The notes below the pieces were generated by a model. It was given only the letters and a program-made list of their open reading frames with translations. It did not search any database and was not told where the DNA came from. Shown one piece after another: positions 35,288 to 44,607 of a stretch of DNA of 64,000 nucleotides. Where the stretch lies: positions 288-64,287 of the forward strand of contig DASZHA010000058.1 of the NCBI GenBank assembly GCA_035938265.1, in the 5' to 3' direction. The position numbers and the translations under genes are program-made. The first letter of the stretch is position 1; every line of letters begins with the position of its first letter. Origin of the DNA: Candidatus Dormiibacterota bacterium (GTDB lineage: Bacteria; Chloroflexota; Dormibacteria; DASZGP01).

Positions 35288-36082
35288 TCAGCTGCGCCGG
35301 GCCCAGAGGTCCTCGACCAGGCGGCGCTGATCTGGCGTGAGGTAGGGAGGCTTGCCGGCCCGAGCATTGGTGGCGGCGTGCTCCGGGTTGCTGGTCGCGG
35401 GGATGAGGACGTGGACCCTCTCGTCGCTCAGGGCCCACTTGAGGACCGCCTCGGCCCAGGTCTGCACGCCCAGCTCGGCGAGAGCTGCGGGCTCAGGGCC
35501 GGGCCCCAGCCCCCCGGCGCCCAGCGGCCGCATCACCACCACGCCGAGGTCAAGCTCGGCGGCCAGCGGGAGGATCTCGGCCTCGACCTCGCGCTCGTCG
35601 GGGTTATACGGGACCTGGATGGCGTCGATGCGGCCCGTTCGCATCACCTGGGCGAGGTCGGGGAAGGCCGAGGGCAGGTAGTGGGTCGCGCCCAGGAGCC
35701 TGATCCGGCCGGCGTCCCGCTCGCTCTCCATCCACTCGAGGTGGAGCCGCCAGGCGACGAGGTTGTGGACCTGCTCCAGCTCCACGTGGCCGTCGAACCA
35801 GCGCAGCTGGCGGGCGTACTGGGCGCGGCCCTCCTCCACGGAGGGGGTCCAGACCTTGGTGGCGACCACCGCGTCCTGTCGGCGGCCGCGCAGCGCGCCG
35901 GCGAGAGCCGCCTCGGCCCGGCCGTACATCGGGGAGGTGTCGACCACCCGGCCGCCCTCGGCGAAAAGGCTCTCCACCACCCGGCCTGGGCCGTCTACGT
36001 CGTCGGTGTCGAAGACCTTCCAGGTGCCGAGCCCGATGACGGGCAGGTCCCAGTTGGACCGGCCGAAGCGCCGCGTTTCCAT
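35288..36082 (-). CDS. Aldo/keto reductase
   Basis: 'LPVIGLGTWKVFD', 'DTSPMYGRAE' and 'LGVVVMRPLGAGGL' match the AKR pattern. Confidence 0.9.
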   Translation of the reverse strand: METRRFGRSNWDLPVIGLGTWKVFDTDDVDGPGRVVESLFAEGGRVVDTSPMYGRAEAALAGALRGRRQDAVVATKVWTPSVEEGRAQYARQLRWFDGHVELEQVHNLVAWRLHLEWMESERDAGRIRLLGATHYLPSAFPDLAQVMRTGRIDAIQVPYNPDEREVEAEILPLAAELDLGVVVMRPLGAGGLGPGPEPAALAELGVQTWAEAVLKWALSDERVHVLIPATSNPEHAATNARAGKPPYLTPDQRRLVEDLWARRS

Positions 36083-36141
36083 CGACCTGATGCTACGGTC
36101 GATCGGAGCCTGGCCGCGTGGCGCGGGCCTGCGGGCCGTGC

Positions 36142-37947
36142 CTAGTCGGGCAGCAGGGAGCGGGCGCGCAGGGCGATGCTCAACGCCACCCGGGTCTCCG
36201 CATCCTCCAGGGACACGCCCAGCAGCGACTCGATGCGCTGGATGCGGTAGGCGAGCGAGTTGACGTGGAGGTGGAGCACCCGTGCCGCCGCGCGCCGGTT
36301 CCAGTGCTCCGCGGAGAGGCGCTCGAGGGTCTCGATCAAGGGCGTGCGCCGTCCCTCCTGGTAGCGCACCAGGGGACCGAGCGTCTCCTCGACGAACCGC
36401 GCCAGCGCCAGCGGGTTCTGTACCTCCAGCAGTAGCCGGAAGGCGCCCAGGTTGCGGTACGAGGCGACCTGCCGGAGGGCGCCGCCACGCCGCGCCAGGC
36501 GCAACGACTGGCGGGCCTCGTCGTGGGAACGGGGCAGCTCGTAGACGTCCTGGGTGGCGTTGCCGATGCCCAGGGAGAAGGTGCCGTCGCGAACGACGCG
36601 GTGGATTGTCTGCAGGATGAGGTCACCGAAGACTTCGAGGGTGCGCAGCTCGCCGGCGGCTGGCGGAGCATCGTCCTCGGCCTCGGCCACCGGTATCACC
36701 AGCACCAGCGAGGCCGAACGCGTGACCACCAGGGACTGGCTGAAGCGCCGGGTCACGAGGTCGGAGACCAGGCGGTGGAGCCTGTCCTGGAGGCTACCTG
36801 ACTCCAGCGCCTGGGCGGCGGCCTCGTCGTCCGGCTCGACCACCATCACCCACGACTTGGCGGAGACGCGGTAGCCCAGACGCTCGGCCTGGTCGGCGAG
36901 CCGCGCGTATTCGTCGCGCTCCAGCGCGTGGCCGAGCAGCTCTTCGACGAGGTCGCCGCGGAGCCGCCGCTCGACCTCGGCCGCGGCCCGTTCCTTGGCC
37001 AGCTCCAGGGCCAGGACCGTGGCGCCGTGCTCCAGGGCCCGCCGCCGGTTGGGGTGCTCGACCGGGGAGGCGTCAGCCGCGAGCACGCCCAGCAGCTCGT
37101 CGCCGGCGCGGATCGGGGTCAGCGTCAGGTCGCGCGGTGGCCGCCCGGCGGTGATCTCGATGGGCTCCCCCGAGCTCGACGCCGAGATCGAGGTGGGGAT
37201 CTCGATCCGGCTGATCCCCAGCGCCTCGTTCTTGCCCGCCTTGCCGGCGCGTTCGAAGCGGAAACCGGCAGGGTCGAAGAGCTCGACGCGGGCCCCGCGT
37301 AGGGTGGCAATGGCTTCGAGGATGGCGCCGGGTCCGGCGCCCGACAGCGCCAACGAGGTGAAGCGCTCATGGATCGCCTGGGAGCCGCGGATCTCCTCCA
37401 GCTGCGCCTCCAGTCGACGGTGCATCTCGCTCCGCTCGAGGATGCCGGCCACCTGGCCGGCGATGGCGGCCAGGAAATCGATGTCAGCCTTCTCGAACTC
37501 GCGCCGATCCTCCGACTGGACGTTGACCACGCCCACCATCCGCGACCCCGCGAGGATCGGCACCGACAGCATCGCCGTGAGCCGCTTCTGGTCCACGCCG
37601 CGGATCCACTGGAAGCGCGGCTCCTGGGTCACGTCGGGGACCACCAGCGGCTGCCGGTGCAGCGCCACCCAGCCGGTCACGCCGTCGCCGAGCTTCATCC
37701 GCGCCTTGCCCACGTTCTGGCTGTCGAGGCCGTTGGTCGCGGTCAGGACCAGGTCGTCCTCGGCGGTGTTGTAGAGGTAGAGGGAGCAGACCTCGACCTG
37801 CATTGCGCCGGTGGTCTCGTTGATGATCAGGTCGAGAAGGGCGTCGGGCTCAATCGTGGAGGCCGCCGCCTTGCTGAGACGCTGGAGGAAGAGGAGCTCA
37901 CGAAGGGAAGACTCTTCGGGTGGTTGAACTACGCGAACTTGCGTCAT
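36142..37947 (-). CDS. GAF-domain / PucR-family transcriptional regulator
   Basis: The N-terminal GAF-like region is 'CSLYLYNTAEDDLVLTATNGL...GVTGWVALHRQPLVVPDV'. The C-terminal PucR-type HTH is 'AARVLHLHVNSLAYRIQRIESLLG'. Confidence 0.85.
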   Translation of the reverse strand: MTQVRVVQPPEESSLRELLFLQRLSKAAASTIEPDALLDLIINETTGAMQVEVCSLYLYNTAEDDLVLTATNGLDSQNVGKARMKLGDGVTGWVALHRQPLVVPDVTQEPRFQWIRGVDQKRLTAMLSVPILAGSRMVGVVNVQSEDRREFEKADIDFLAAIAGQVAGILERSEMHRRLEAQLEEIRGSQAIHERFTSLALSGAGPGAILEAIATLRGARVELFDPAGFRFERAGKAGKNEALGISRIEIPTSISASSSGEPIEITAGRPPRDLTLTPIRAGDELLGVLAADASPVEHPNRRRALEHGATVLALELAKERAAAEVERRLRGDLVEELLGHALERDEYARLADQAERLGYRVSAKSWVMVVEPDDEAAAQALESGSLQDRLHRLVSDLVTRRFSQSLVVTRSASLVLVIPVAEAEDDAPPAAGELRTLEVFGDLILQTIHRVVRDGTFSLGIGNATQDVYELPRSHDEARQSLRLARRGGALRQVASYRNLGAFRLLLEVQNPLALARFVEETLGPLVRYQEGRRTPLIETLERLSAEHWNRRAAARVLHLHVNSLAYRIQRIESLLGVSLEDAETRVALSIALRARSLLPD

Positions 37948-37980
37948 GGGGGTGAGTCTATACGGCTAGACGGTTGTTTC

Positions 37981-37999
37981 TTTGTGTTGAACACACAAA
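37981..37999. promoter_or_regulatory. Palindrome TTTGTGT-N5-ACACAAA (copy 1), candidate operator
   Basis: Read directly in the 153-nt divergent region between the PucR-type regulator (start 37947, -) and the NTF2-like gene (start 38101, +). The same motif recurs at 38538-38558. Confidence 0.4.
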
Positions 38000-38100
38000 T
38001 TTGGCCCGCTGGGATTCTATGACTTGTAGTTAGGACACCAAATTCGCTCTTGCCGCATTGACGTAGGCTTTGGCGAGTTCGCGCCAAATGGAGATTCGAG

Positions 38101-38493
38101 ATGGGCAGAGACGCATTCCGGCTGGCCGCTGAGGCCGGCGACATGGACGCCCTGGCGGCGGCGCTGGACCAGGAGGTCCACTTCCGGGGGCCGGCCTTCG
38201 GAACTGCCGACGTGGTCGGCCGGGAGCGGGTCATGGGCATCCTCAAGATCGCCTTCGAGAAGGTCTACCGCGATTTCAGCTACGTGGAGAGCCTCGACAA
38301 CGGCGATCGCTGCGTCCTCCTGTTCACCAGCCAGGTCGGCGAGCACGCGATCGAAGGCGCCCAGGTGCTGCGATTCGGTGACCACGACCTGGTGGTCGAG
38401 CTGGTGGTGATGGCCCGGCCGGCGCCGGGGGCCGCGGCGATCGGGGAGGAGATCGTGAGGCACCTCGACTACGACCCCCGCGAGGAGGGGTAA
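38101..38493 (+). CDS. NTF2-like / SnoaL-like small protein
   Basis: 130-aa ORF with strongly GC3-biased codons and a GGAG 7 nt upstream of the ATG. 'DALAAALDQEVHFRGP' followed by beta-rich sequence fits the SnoaL_2/NTF2 pattern. The family call is tentative. Confidence 0.55.
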   Translation: MGRDAFRLAAEAGDMDALAAALDQEVHFRGPAFGTADVVGRERVMGILKIAFEKVYRDFSYVESLDNGDRCVLLFTSQVGEHAIEGAQVLRFGDHDLVVELVVMARPAPGAAAIGEEIVRHLDYDPREEG

Positions 38494-38537
38494 CCCGCTC
38501 CGACGGGTTCCGCGTCCCGAGTTTGGTTCGCTCGTTC

Positions 38538-38558
38538 TTTTGTGTGCTCCACACAAAA
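38538..38558. promoter_or_regulatory. Palindrome TTTTGTGT-N5-ACACAAAA (copy 2), candidate operator
   Basis: Read directly, 121-141 nt upstream of the APC permease start. It shares the core TTTGTGT-N5-ACACAAA with copy 1. Confidence 0.4.
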
Positions 38559-38678
38559 CCGGGCGGTCAAAGTCCTCACGGCTGCACCATGAGATGAGAG
38601 CGGGGCCTCCGTATGTTTGTGCCCATCTAACGGATTCCCTCACGTCCCCTGGGCGGATGGGTTGGATGGAGGACAAAC

Positions 38679-40280
38679 TTGGCTACCAACGCGCCTACCG
38701 AAATGAAGAAGACCCTCAGCCTGACGGGTCTGACGATCAACGCCATGGCGCTGATCGCCCCTGGAGCGTTCCTCTGGACGACGTTCCAGCTGCAGGCGGC
38801 ACAGACCGCAGGTGGCAACACCACGGCCAGTGACATGCTCCCTGGCCTTCTATTCGTATTGGTGCTCGCCTTCCTGACGGCGTACGCCTACTCGGAGCTC
38901 GCCAATGCCTACCCGCAGGCTGGTGCCGGCTCCTCGTACTTCTTCGCTGAGGCTGCCTTCCTCGAAAAGGAAAAGAAGGCGCACTTCCAGTTCGCCCGCC
39001 TGAGCAAGTTCGCGGTGGGCTGGGTATCCCATCTCTACTACTGGATCTACCCCGGGATCATGGTCGCCTTCACCGGCGTCCTCACGGTCTTCATCCTCAG
39101 CCTCTTCAACATCACCCTGAACACCTGGCAGTCGATCATCCCGGTGGTGATCTTCGCCGCCGTGACGGGCTACATCGCCTTCAGGGGAATCAGCGGCTCA
39201 ACGATGACGGCGATCATCATCAACGTCATCCAGCTGACGGCACTGCTGGCCTTCTCGGTCCTGGCGATCGTCTTCCGCGTCACCCACCCGGACCTGGCCT
39301 ATGCGCACCCCAACCCCTTCTCGGTGGTGCTGCCGCACAACCTGACCAACGTCTTCATGCAGGGCACCATCGCCATCCTGCTACTGGTCGGGTTCGAGTC
39401 GGTCACGGCGCTTGGCGCTGAGGCCAAGAACCCCAAGCGGGATGTCCGCCGCGCCATCCTGCTCTCCCTGGCGATCCAGGGCGCGGTGGCCTACGTGATC
39501 GAGTACTTCGCCGCCAACTACATGGTCAATGACGGTCTCTCTTCGACCGTTGCCGGCGCGACGGCCACCGGCTATTCATCCCTGGCAGCGTCCGCCGCCC
39601 CGGTCGGCGACATGATCACGCAGATCGGGAACACGATGCTGGGCGGAACTGGCCTGATCCTCACCACGATCCTGGCCGCGACGGTGCTGATCGCGTTGAT
39701 CGGCACCACCCTGGCATGCCTCAACACCGGCGTGCGCATCACCTACGTGATGGGCAGGGACAAGGAGATGCCCAGCATCCTGGGAATGCTCCACGGCAGG
39801 TTTGCGACCCCGCACTTCGGCGTCCTGATCCTGGCCCTGGTCTCGGCGGTGATTGGCGCATATGGCGTGCTCAGCATCGACAACCTCACCCAGATCACGC
39901 TGGCGTCCAACACCGGGACCTTCCTGGTGTACGGCATGACCAACCTGATCTGCATCATCGCCTTCGCCAGTCGTCATGATCGTCATGTGATCAAGCACTA
40001 CGTGGTGCCCGGGCTGGGCCTGGTGGCGAACCTGGCGATGCTGTTCGCGATCATGTACTTCAACATCACCTCCGGCGGCAGCACCGCCACCGACACGATC
40101 ATCGCCCTTGGCATTGTTGGCGCCTGGATCGTGGCCGGGGTCATCTGGATGGTCGTCAACTCGGCCGTCCGCAAGCAGCCGATTCTCCACTCCGAGCACC
40201 CCGGCAAGCCGGTGAGCGAGGAGGAGCCCGAGTCCGCCCCGGCGGTCTCCGCGGCCGAAGGAGGAGCCTTCCCCGCGTAG
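38679..40280 (+). CDS. APC-superfamily amino acid/polyamine permease
   Basis: 533-aa ORF with about 12 TM helices. 'LSLTGLTINAMALIAPGAFLW' is a typical APC N-terminal motif. The TTG start lies 6 nt after GGAGG, and an alternative ATG is at 38703. Confidence 0.9.
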   Translation: MATNAPTEMKKTLSLTGLTINAMALIAPGAFLWTTFQLQAAQTAGGNTTASDMLPGLLFVLVLAFLTAYAYSELANAYPQAGAGSSYFFAEAAFLEKEKKAHFQFARLSKFAVGWVSHLYYWIYPGIMVAFTGVLTVFILSLFNITLNTWQSIIPVVIFAAVTGYIAFRGISGSTMTAIIINVIQLTALLAFSVLAIVFRVTHPDLAYAHPNPFSVVLPHNLTNVFMQGTIAILLLVGFESVTALGAEAKNPKRDVRRAILLSLAIQGAVAYVIEYFAANYMVNDGLSSTVAGATATGYSSLAASAAPVGDMITQIGNTMLGGTGLILTTILAATVLIALIGTTLACLNTGVRITYVMGRDKEMPSILGMLHGRFATPHFGVLILALVSAVIGAYGVLSIDNLTQITLASNTGTFLVYGMTNLICIIAFASRHDRHVIKHYVVPGLGLVANLAMLFAIMYFNITSGGSTATDTIIALGIVGAWIVAGVIWMVVNSAVRKQPILHSEHPGKPVSEEEPESAPAVSAAEGGAFPA

Positions 40281-40337
40281 TCGACTAGGTACGGGACTTC
40301 GAGGCGCTGAGCCCCGGCTTGGCGCCTCGAACCACGT

Positions 40338-41222
40338 ATGGGCACCGCCGCGATGACACCAACCGCAGGAGGTACGCTGCCAACCATTCCAACCGCAAGA
40401 GCATCAGGGCTGGCGGTGGACCTTGCCAGCCGTAGCGAGACCGGCCCGGTGCGGCCCCAAAACGAGGATGCCCTCGGCTGGGGTCGCATCGGCGCGCCCT
40501 TCTCGGACAAGGGCGACGAAGCCGGCGTCGGCCTGGTATTCGCCGTCGCCGACGGACTCGGGGCCTACGGTGGCGGCGACGTCGCCAGCCAGATGGCGGT
40601 GGAGATCCTCCTCGACCACGCCCGCGGCCACCGGCCCGGGGCTGAGGTGCGGCCGGCCAAGCTGATCCGCACCGCCTTCGAGGCGGCCAACCGCGGCATC
40701 TTCGACGCCGCCCTGGCCGGCCAGGGCAGCGGCAAGATGCAGACCACGATGAGCGCGCTGGTGCTCAGTCCCGGGGAGGCCCACCTGGGCCACGTCGGCG
40801 ACTGCCGCGGCTACCGGCTGCGCGGCGGCGATGTCGAGATCCTCACCACCGACCACACCCAGGTGATGGAGATGCTGCGAATGCGGATCATCACCGCCGA
40901 GCAGGCCGCCGAGCACCCCGCCCGCCACGCCCTCACCCGGTCGCTGGGCAACGATCTCCTGACCCGCACCGATGTCCGCAAGGAGGTGCTCGAGGATGGC
41001 GACACCTTCCTTCTTTGTTCCGACGGAATGTGGGGCAAGCTGGAGGTCGCCGAGATCCGCGATGGGCTCACCGCGGGTGACCTGCAGGGCGCCTGCGACC
41101 AGCTCGCCGAGCTGGCCTGGGAGCGGGGCGGAGAGGACAACATCAGCGGCCTGATGGTCCGTGTCGTCAGCGCTGGGGTGGCGCCCCCGGCGCAGGGCGG
41201 CTGGCGCAGGTTCTTCAGCTGA
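40338..41222 (+). CDS. PP2C-family Ser/Thr protein phosphatase
   Basis: 'RPQNEDALGW', 'FAVADGLGAYGGGDVAS', 'GDCRGYRLR', 'LLCSDGMWG' and 'GGEDNISGLMV' are PPM motifs. Confidence 0.85.
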   Translation: MGTAAMTPTAGGTLPTIPTARASGLAVDLASRSETGPVRPQNEDALGWGRIGAPFSDKGDEAGVGLVFAVADGLGAYGGGDVASQMAVEILLDHARGHRPGAEVRPAKLIRTAFEAANRGIFDAALAGQGSGKMQTTMSALVLSPGEAHLGHVGDCRGYRLRGGDVEILTTDHTQVMEMLRMRIITAEQAAEHPARHALTRSLGNDLLTRTDVRKEVLEDGDTFLLCSDGMWGKLEVAEIRDGLTAGDLQGACDQLAELAWERGGEDNISGLMVRVVSAGVAPPAQGGWRRFFS

Positions 41223-41241
41223 TGTCGGCGGGAACGTACCC

Positions 41242-42225
41242 TTGAGCGTGGCGATTCAGCCGGGGACCAAGCTCGACGACTTCCGGGTCAACGAGGCGAT
41301 CGGCCACGGCGCCTTCGCGGACGTCTACCGAGCCGTCGACCCGGAGGGTCGCGAGGTCGTGCTCAAGCTGCCCCACGACGCCATCCTGGGCGACACCCAG
41401 TCGTTCGACCGGTTCCGGCGCGAGCTGGAGATCGCCAAGCGGCTCGACCACCCCGGGATCCAGAAGTCGTACGACCTTGGCGCCCACCGTAGCCGGCCCT
41501 ACCTGGTCATGGAGTACGTCGACGGCGAGACCCTCCGCGACCTGCTCAGCCGGGAGAAGAAGCTGCCCACCGCCCGCGCCATCGACGTCGCCGAGCAGAT
41601 CGCTGCCGCCATGGACTACGCCCACAAGCAGGGGGTAAACCACCGCGACCTCAAGCCCGAGAACATCCTGATCACCCCGGACGGCCGGGTCGTGGTCACC
41701 GACTTCGGCATCGCCCTGCTGTCGGGCGCGCGGCGGCTCACCTGGCGATGGCTGACGTCGGCGATGGGCACACCCGACTACATGGCGCCGGAGCAGATCC
41801 AGGGCAAGCGGGGCGACGCCCGCACCGACGTATACGCGCTCGGCATCATGCTCTTCGAGATGCTGGCGGGGCACGTGCCCTGGGAGGGCGACAACCCGAT
41901 GGCGGTGATGAGCCAGCACGTCAACGCCCAGCTGCCTTCACTGGGCCGGATCCGGCGAGACGTGCTGCCACCGCTGGAGGCGATCGTGCGCAAGGCCCTG
42001 CGTAAGAACCCCGACGAGCGCTACCAGGACGCCGGCGAGATGCTGCACGACCTCAAGCACTGGCAGGACCTGGACCTGAGCGGCTTCGACTTCGGCGAGG
42101 AGGAGCCGATCAAGGTCGCCAGCGAGCGTTGGGTCTGGGCGGTGGTCGCCGCCCTCAGCCTGGGCTTCCTGGCGGCGTCGGCGCTGGCGACGTACCTCTA
42201 CTATCTGCTCACACATGGCCACTAA
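41242..42225 (+). CDS. Ser/Thr protein kinase (Hanks-type) with a C-terminal TM helix
   Basis: 'IGHGAFADVYRA...VVLKL', 'HRDLKPENILI', 'DFGIA' and 'GTPDYMAPEQ'. The C-terminal TM helix is 'WVWAVVAALSLGFLAASALATYLYYLL'. The start is uncertain (TTG 41242, GTG 41248, or ATG 41161 overlapping the phosphatase gene). Confidence 0.85.
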   Translation: MSVAIQPGTKLDDFRVNEAIGHGAFADVYRAVDPEGREVVLKLPHDAILGDTQSFDRFRRELEIAKRLDHPGIQKSYDLGAHRSRPYLVMEYVDGETLRDLLSREKKLPTARAIDVAEQIAAAMDYAHKQGVNHRDLKPENILITPDGRVVVTDFGIALLSGARRLTWRWLTSAMGTPDYMAPEQIQGKRGDARTDVYALGIMLFEMLAGHVPWEGDNPMAVMSQHVNAQLPSLGRIRRDVLPPLEAIVRKALRKNPDERYQDAGEMLHDLKHWQDLDLSGFDFGEEEPIKVASERWVWAVVAALSLGFLAASALATYLYYLLTHGH

Positions 42226-43597
42226 ACGCCAGCCACGAGCCACCACTGCCCGCGCCGCCACGGCCGCCGAGATCCTGGCGCGGGCCGCCAAGGCCATGGT
42301 GGCCCAGGTCGAGCTCCAGTTCGCCGACATCACCGGCGCCGTCAAGAGCGTCTGGGTTCCGATCGGCCGGCTGCCGCAGGTCCTGAAGACAGGGGAGTGG
42401 TTCGACGGCTCGGCCATCGAGGGCGTGGCCCGCGAGGTGGAGTCGGATATGTTCCTGCGCCCCGAGCTGTCGACCTTCGCCATCACCGACCCCCACGCCG
42501 ACGTGGTCTGCGCCCGGCTCCTGTGCGACGTGGTCACGCCCGACGGCAGGCCATATCCCGGCGACAGCCGCTCCACGCTGGGCGGCATCCTGGAGTCGGC
42601 CCGGCAGGCAGGGCTGGAGTACCTGGTGTCGCCAGAGGTGGAGTTCTTCCTCTTTCCCGAGGGCAGCGATGGTCTCAGGCAGCTCGCGGACGACCCTGGC
42701 AGCTACTTCGAGCGCAGCCACGGCCTCGCCCGGCAGGCCGAGCTGGAGATCGTGGTGGCCCTCGAAGCGATGGGCGTACGGGTGGAATCCAGCCACCACG
42801 AGGTCGCCAGCGGACAGTACGAGCTGGACCTGCCGATGCAGCCGGCGATGCGCGCCGCCGACGCCCTGACAACGCTCAAGCCCGCGGTCAAGGAGCTGGC
42901 GCGGCGTCGAGGCCTCCAGGCGAGCTTCATGCCCAAGCCGCTTAATGGCGCCGCCGGGTCGGGGATGCACACCCACCAGGTGCTGCTGCGCGCCGGCAAA
43001 CGCGGCGCTGCCGCCAACGCCTTCCACGACCCCGGCGACGCCTACGGGCTGTCGCGGATCGGCCGCTTCTTCGCCGCCGGCCAGCTCGAGCACGCCCCCG
43101 GGATGTGCGCCCTGGTGGCCCCCCTGGTCAACTCCTACAAGCGGCTGGTGCCGGGCTACGAGGCGCCGGTGGCGGGCAGCTGGGGGCGCCACAACCGCTC
43201 GGCCCTGATCCGGGTGCCGATGCCGTCAGCCATCGCCGGCTCCGACGGCCTGGGCACGCGCCTCGAGCTGCGGCTGCCGGACCCCAGCTGCAACCCCTAC
43301 CTGGCCTTCACCGCGATGCTGGCCGCCGGCCTCGATGGGCTCAACCAGGAGCTGGAGCTGGGCCCGCCGATGGAGGAGGTGGAGCACGGCTACCAGGACA
43401 CCTCCCGAGTGTCGGCCAAGGCCCTGCCGACGTCACTGCGCGAGGCGCTGGTAGCCCTGGAAGAGGACGATGTCCTGGTCGACGCCCTCGGTGGCGAGGC
43501 GCTCGAGCTCTTCAAGACGGCCAAGGAGCTGGAGTGGAGCCAGTACAACCGCGTGGTCACGCAGTGGGAGCTGGAGACGTACCTGAGGAGCTACTGA
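42215..43597 (+). CDS. Glutamine synthetase family protein (GlnA-like paralogue; possibly a gamma-glutamyl-amine synthetase)
   Basis: 'VELQFADITGAVKSVWVP', 'GSGMHTHQVL', '[13 protein letters not shown]' and 'RLELRLPDPSCNPYLAFTAMLAAGLDG'. The ATG overlaps the kinase 3' end by 11 nt. Confidence 0.85.
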   Translation: MATKRQPRATTARAATAAEILARAAKAMVAQVELQFADITGAVKSVWVPIGRLPQVLKTGEWFDGSAIEGVAREVESDMFLRPELSTFAITDPHADVVCARLLCDVVTPDGRPYPGDSRSTLGGILESARQAGLEYLVSPEVEFFLFPEGSDGLRQLADDPGSYFERSHGLARQAELEIVVALEAMGVRVESSHHEVASGQYELDLPMQPAMRAADALTTLKPAVKELARRRGLQASFMPKPLNGAAGSGMHTHQVLLRAGKRGAAANAFHDPGDAYGLSRIGRFFAAGQLEHAPGMCALVAPLVNSYKRLVPGYEAPVAGSWGRHNRSALIRVPMPSAIAGSDGLGTRLELRLPDPSCNPYLAFTAMLAAGLDGLNQELELGPPMEEVEHGYQDTSRVSAKALPTSLREALVALEEDDVLVDALGGEALELFKTAKELEWSQYNRVVTQWELETYLRSY

Positions 43598-43637
43598 GCC
43601 GCGCCTAGACTTTGCCCCGGACGACAGGAGGAATTCG

Positions 43638-44183
43638 ATGAAGCAGGAGTCAGCCGCCTTCACCTCGGCGGACGTCCCCCGGTTCTTCAACCAGCTGGCG
43701 GAGCTGGACATGGGACAGACGGCGGAGCGGCTGGAGGCCGCCAGCAAACGGATGCAGGAGCTGGCAGCGCGCATCCCCGATGAGCGCGGGGACGGCGAAG
43801 CCTGGAACGCCAAGGAGGTCCTGGCCCACGTCGCGGTGCTGTCGCGGGCCTACGGTGTGTTCGCCTACATGGTGGCCCACGGCCGAATTGGCGATCTCAA
43901 CCTCGGCGACGTCATCAGCCAGCGTGACAAGGTCGGCGAGGAGATGGCCCAACTGTCGGTACCGGAGATCCTGGCCGAGGCCAAGAAGCAGCACGACCGC
44001 ACCCTGAAGTTCCTCCGCGCGGCAACCATCGAGCAGTGGCAGACGACGTGCAAGACCGAGTTCGGCGACCTGCGGGTGGAGGGGCTGATCCGGCTGCCGC
44101 TGGTGGTCCACCTAGAGGACCACCTCGACCAGATCGAGCGCATCCTGACCGGCGACGGCGCGGCGGTGGCGGCCTCGGGTTGA
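43638..44183 (+). CDS. DinB-family (DinB_2-like) four-helix-bundle protein
   Basis: 'WNAKEVLAHVAVLSRAY' and 'HLEDHLDQIERIL' give the His-containing DinB pattern. An AGGAGG Shine-Dalgarno sequence lies upstream. Confidence 0.65.
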   Translation: MKQESAAFTSADVPRFFNQLAELDMGQTAERLEAASKRMQELAARIPDERGDGEAWNAKEVLAHVAVLSRAYGVFAYMVAHGRIGDLNLGDVISQRDKVGEEMAQLSVPEILAEAKKQHDRTLKFLRAATIEQWQTTCKTEFGDLRVEGLIRLPLVVHLEDHLDQIERILTGDGAAVAASG

Positions 44184-44593
44184 GCTTCAACCAGATCGAC
44201 CACGTCGGCATCGTGGTGGCGGATCTCGACGCCGGCATAGCCCTCTACCGGGAGCTCCTTGGCGTCGAGCCCAGCGTCCGCAAGCGAATGGAGACGGACG
44301 GCATCGACGCGGCCATGATCGACCTCGGGAGCACGCATGTGGAGCTGATCGCACCGACGGGGCCGCAATCGACGATCGCCGGGTTCCTGGAGAAGCGGGG
44401 CGAGGGGATGCACCACGTCGCCTACCGGGTCGACGACATCCGTGCCTCCCTGGCGGAGCTGAAGACCGCGGGCGCACGGCTCCTGGACGAGGAGCCGAGG
44501 GTCGGGGTGATGGGCCACCTGGTCGCCTTCGTCCATCCCCGGTCCTTTGGCGGGGTGCTCACCGAGCTGGTCGAGGCCGGCGCCGGCCACTAG
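44180..44593 (+). CDS. mce: Methylmalonyl-CoA epimerase (VOC fold)
   Basis: 'IDHVGIVVADLDAGIALYRELLG', 'HVELIAPTGPQSTIAGFLEKRGEGMHHVAYRVDDI' and 'AFVHPRSFGGVLTELVE' are typical MCE motifs. The TTG start overlaps the upstream stop (TTGA). Confidence 0.85.
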   Translation: MSFNQIDHVGIVVADLDAGIALYRELLGVEPSVRKRMETDGIDAAMIDLGSTHVELIAPTGPQSTIAGFLEKRGEGMHHVAYRVDDIRASLAELKTAGARLLDEEPRVGVMGHLVAFVHPRSFGGVLTELVEAGAGH

Positions 44594-44607
44594 CCCCAGG
44601 GGATCCG

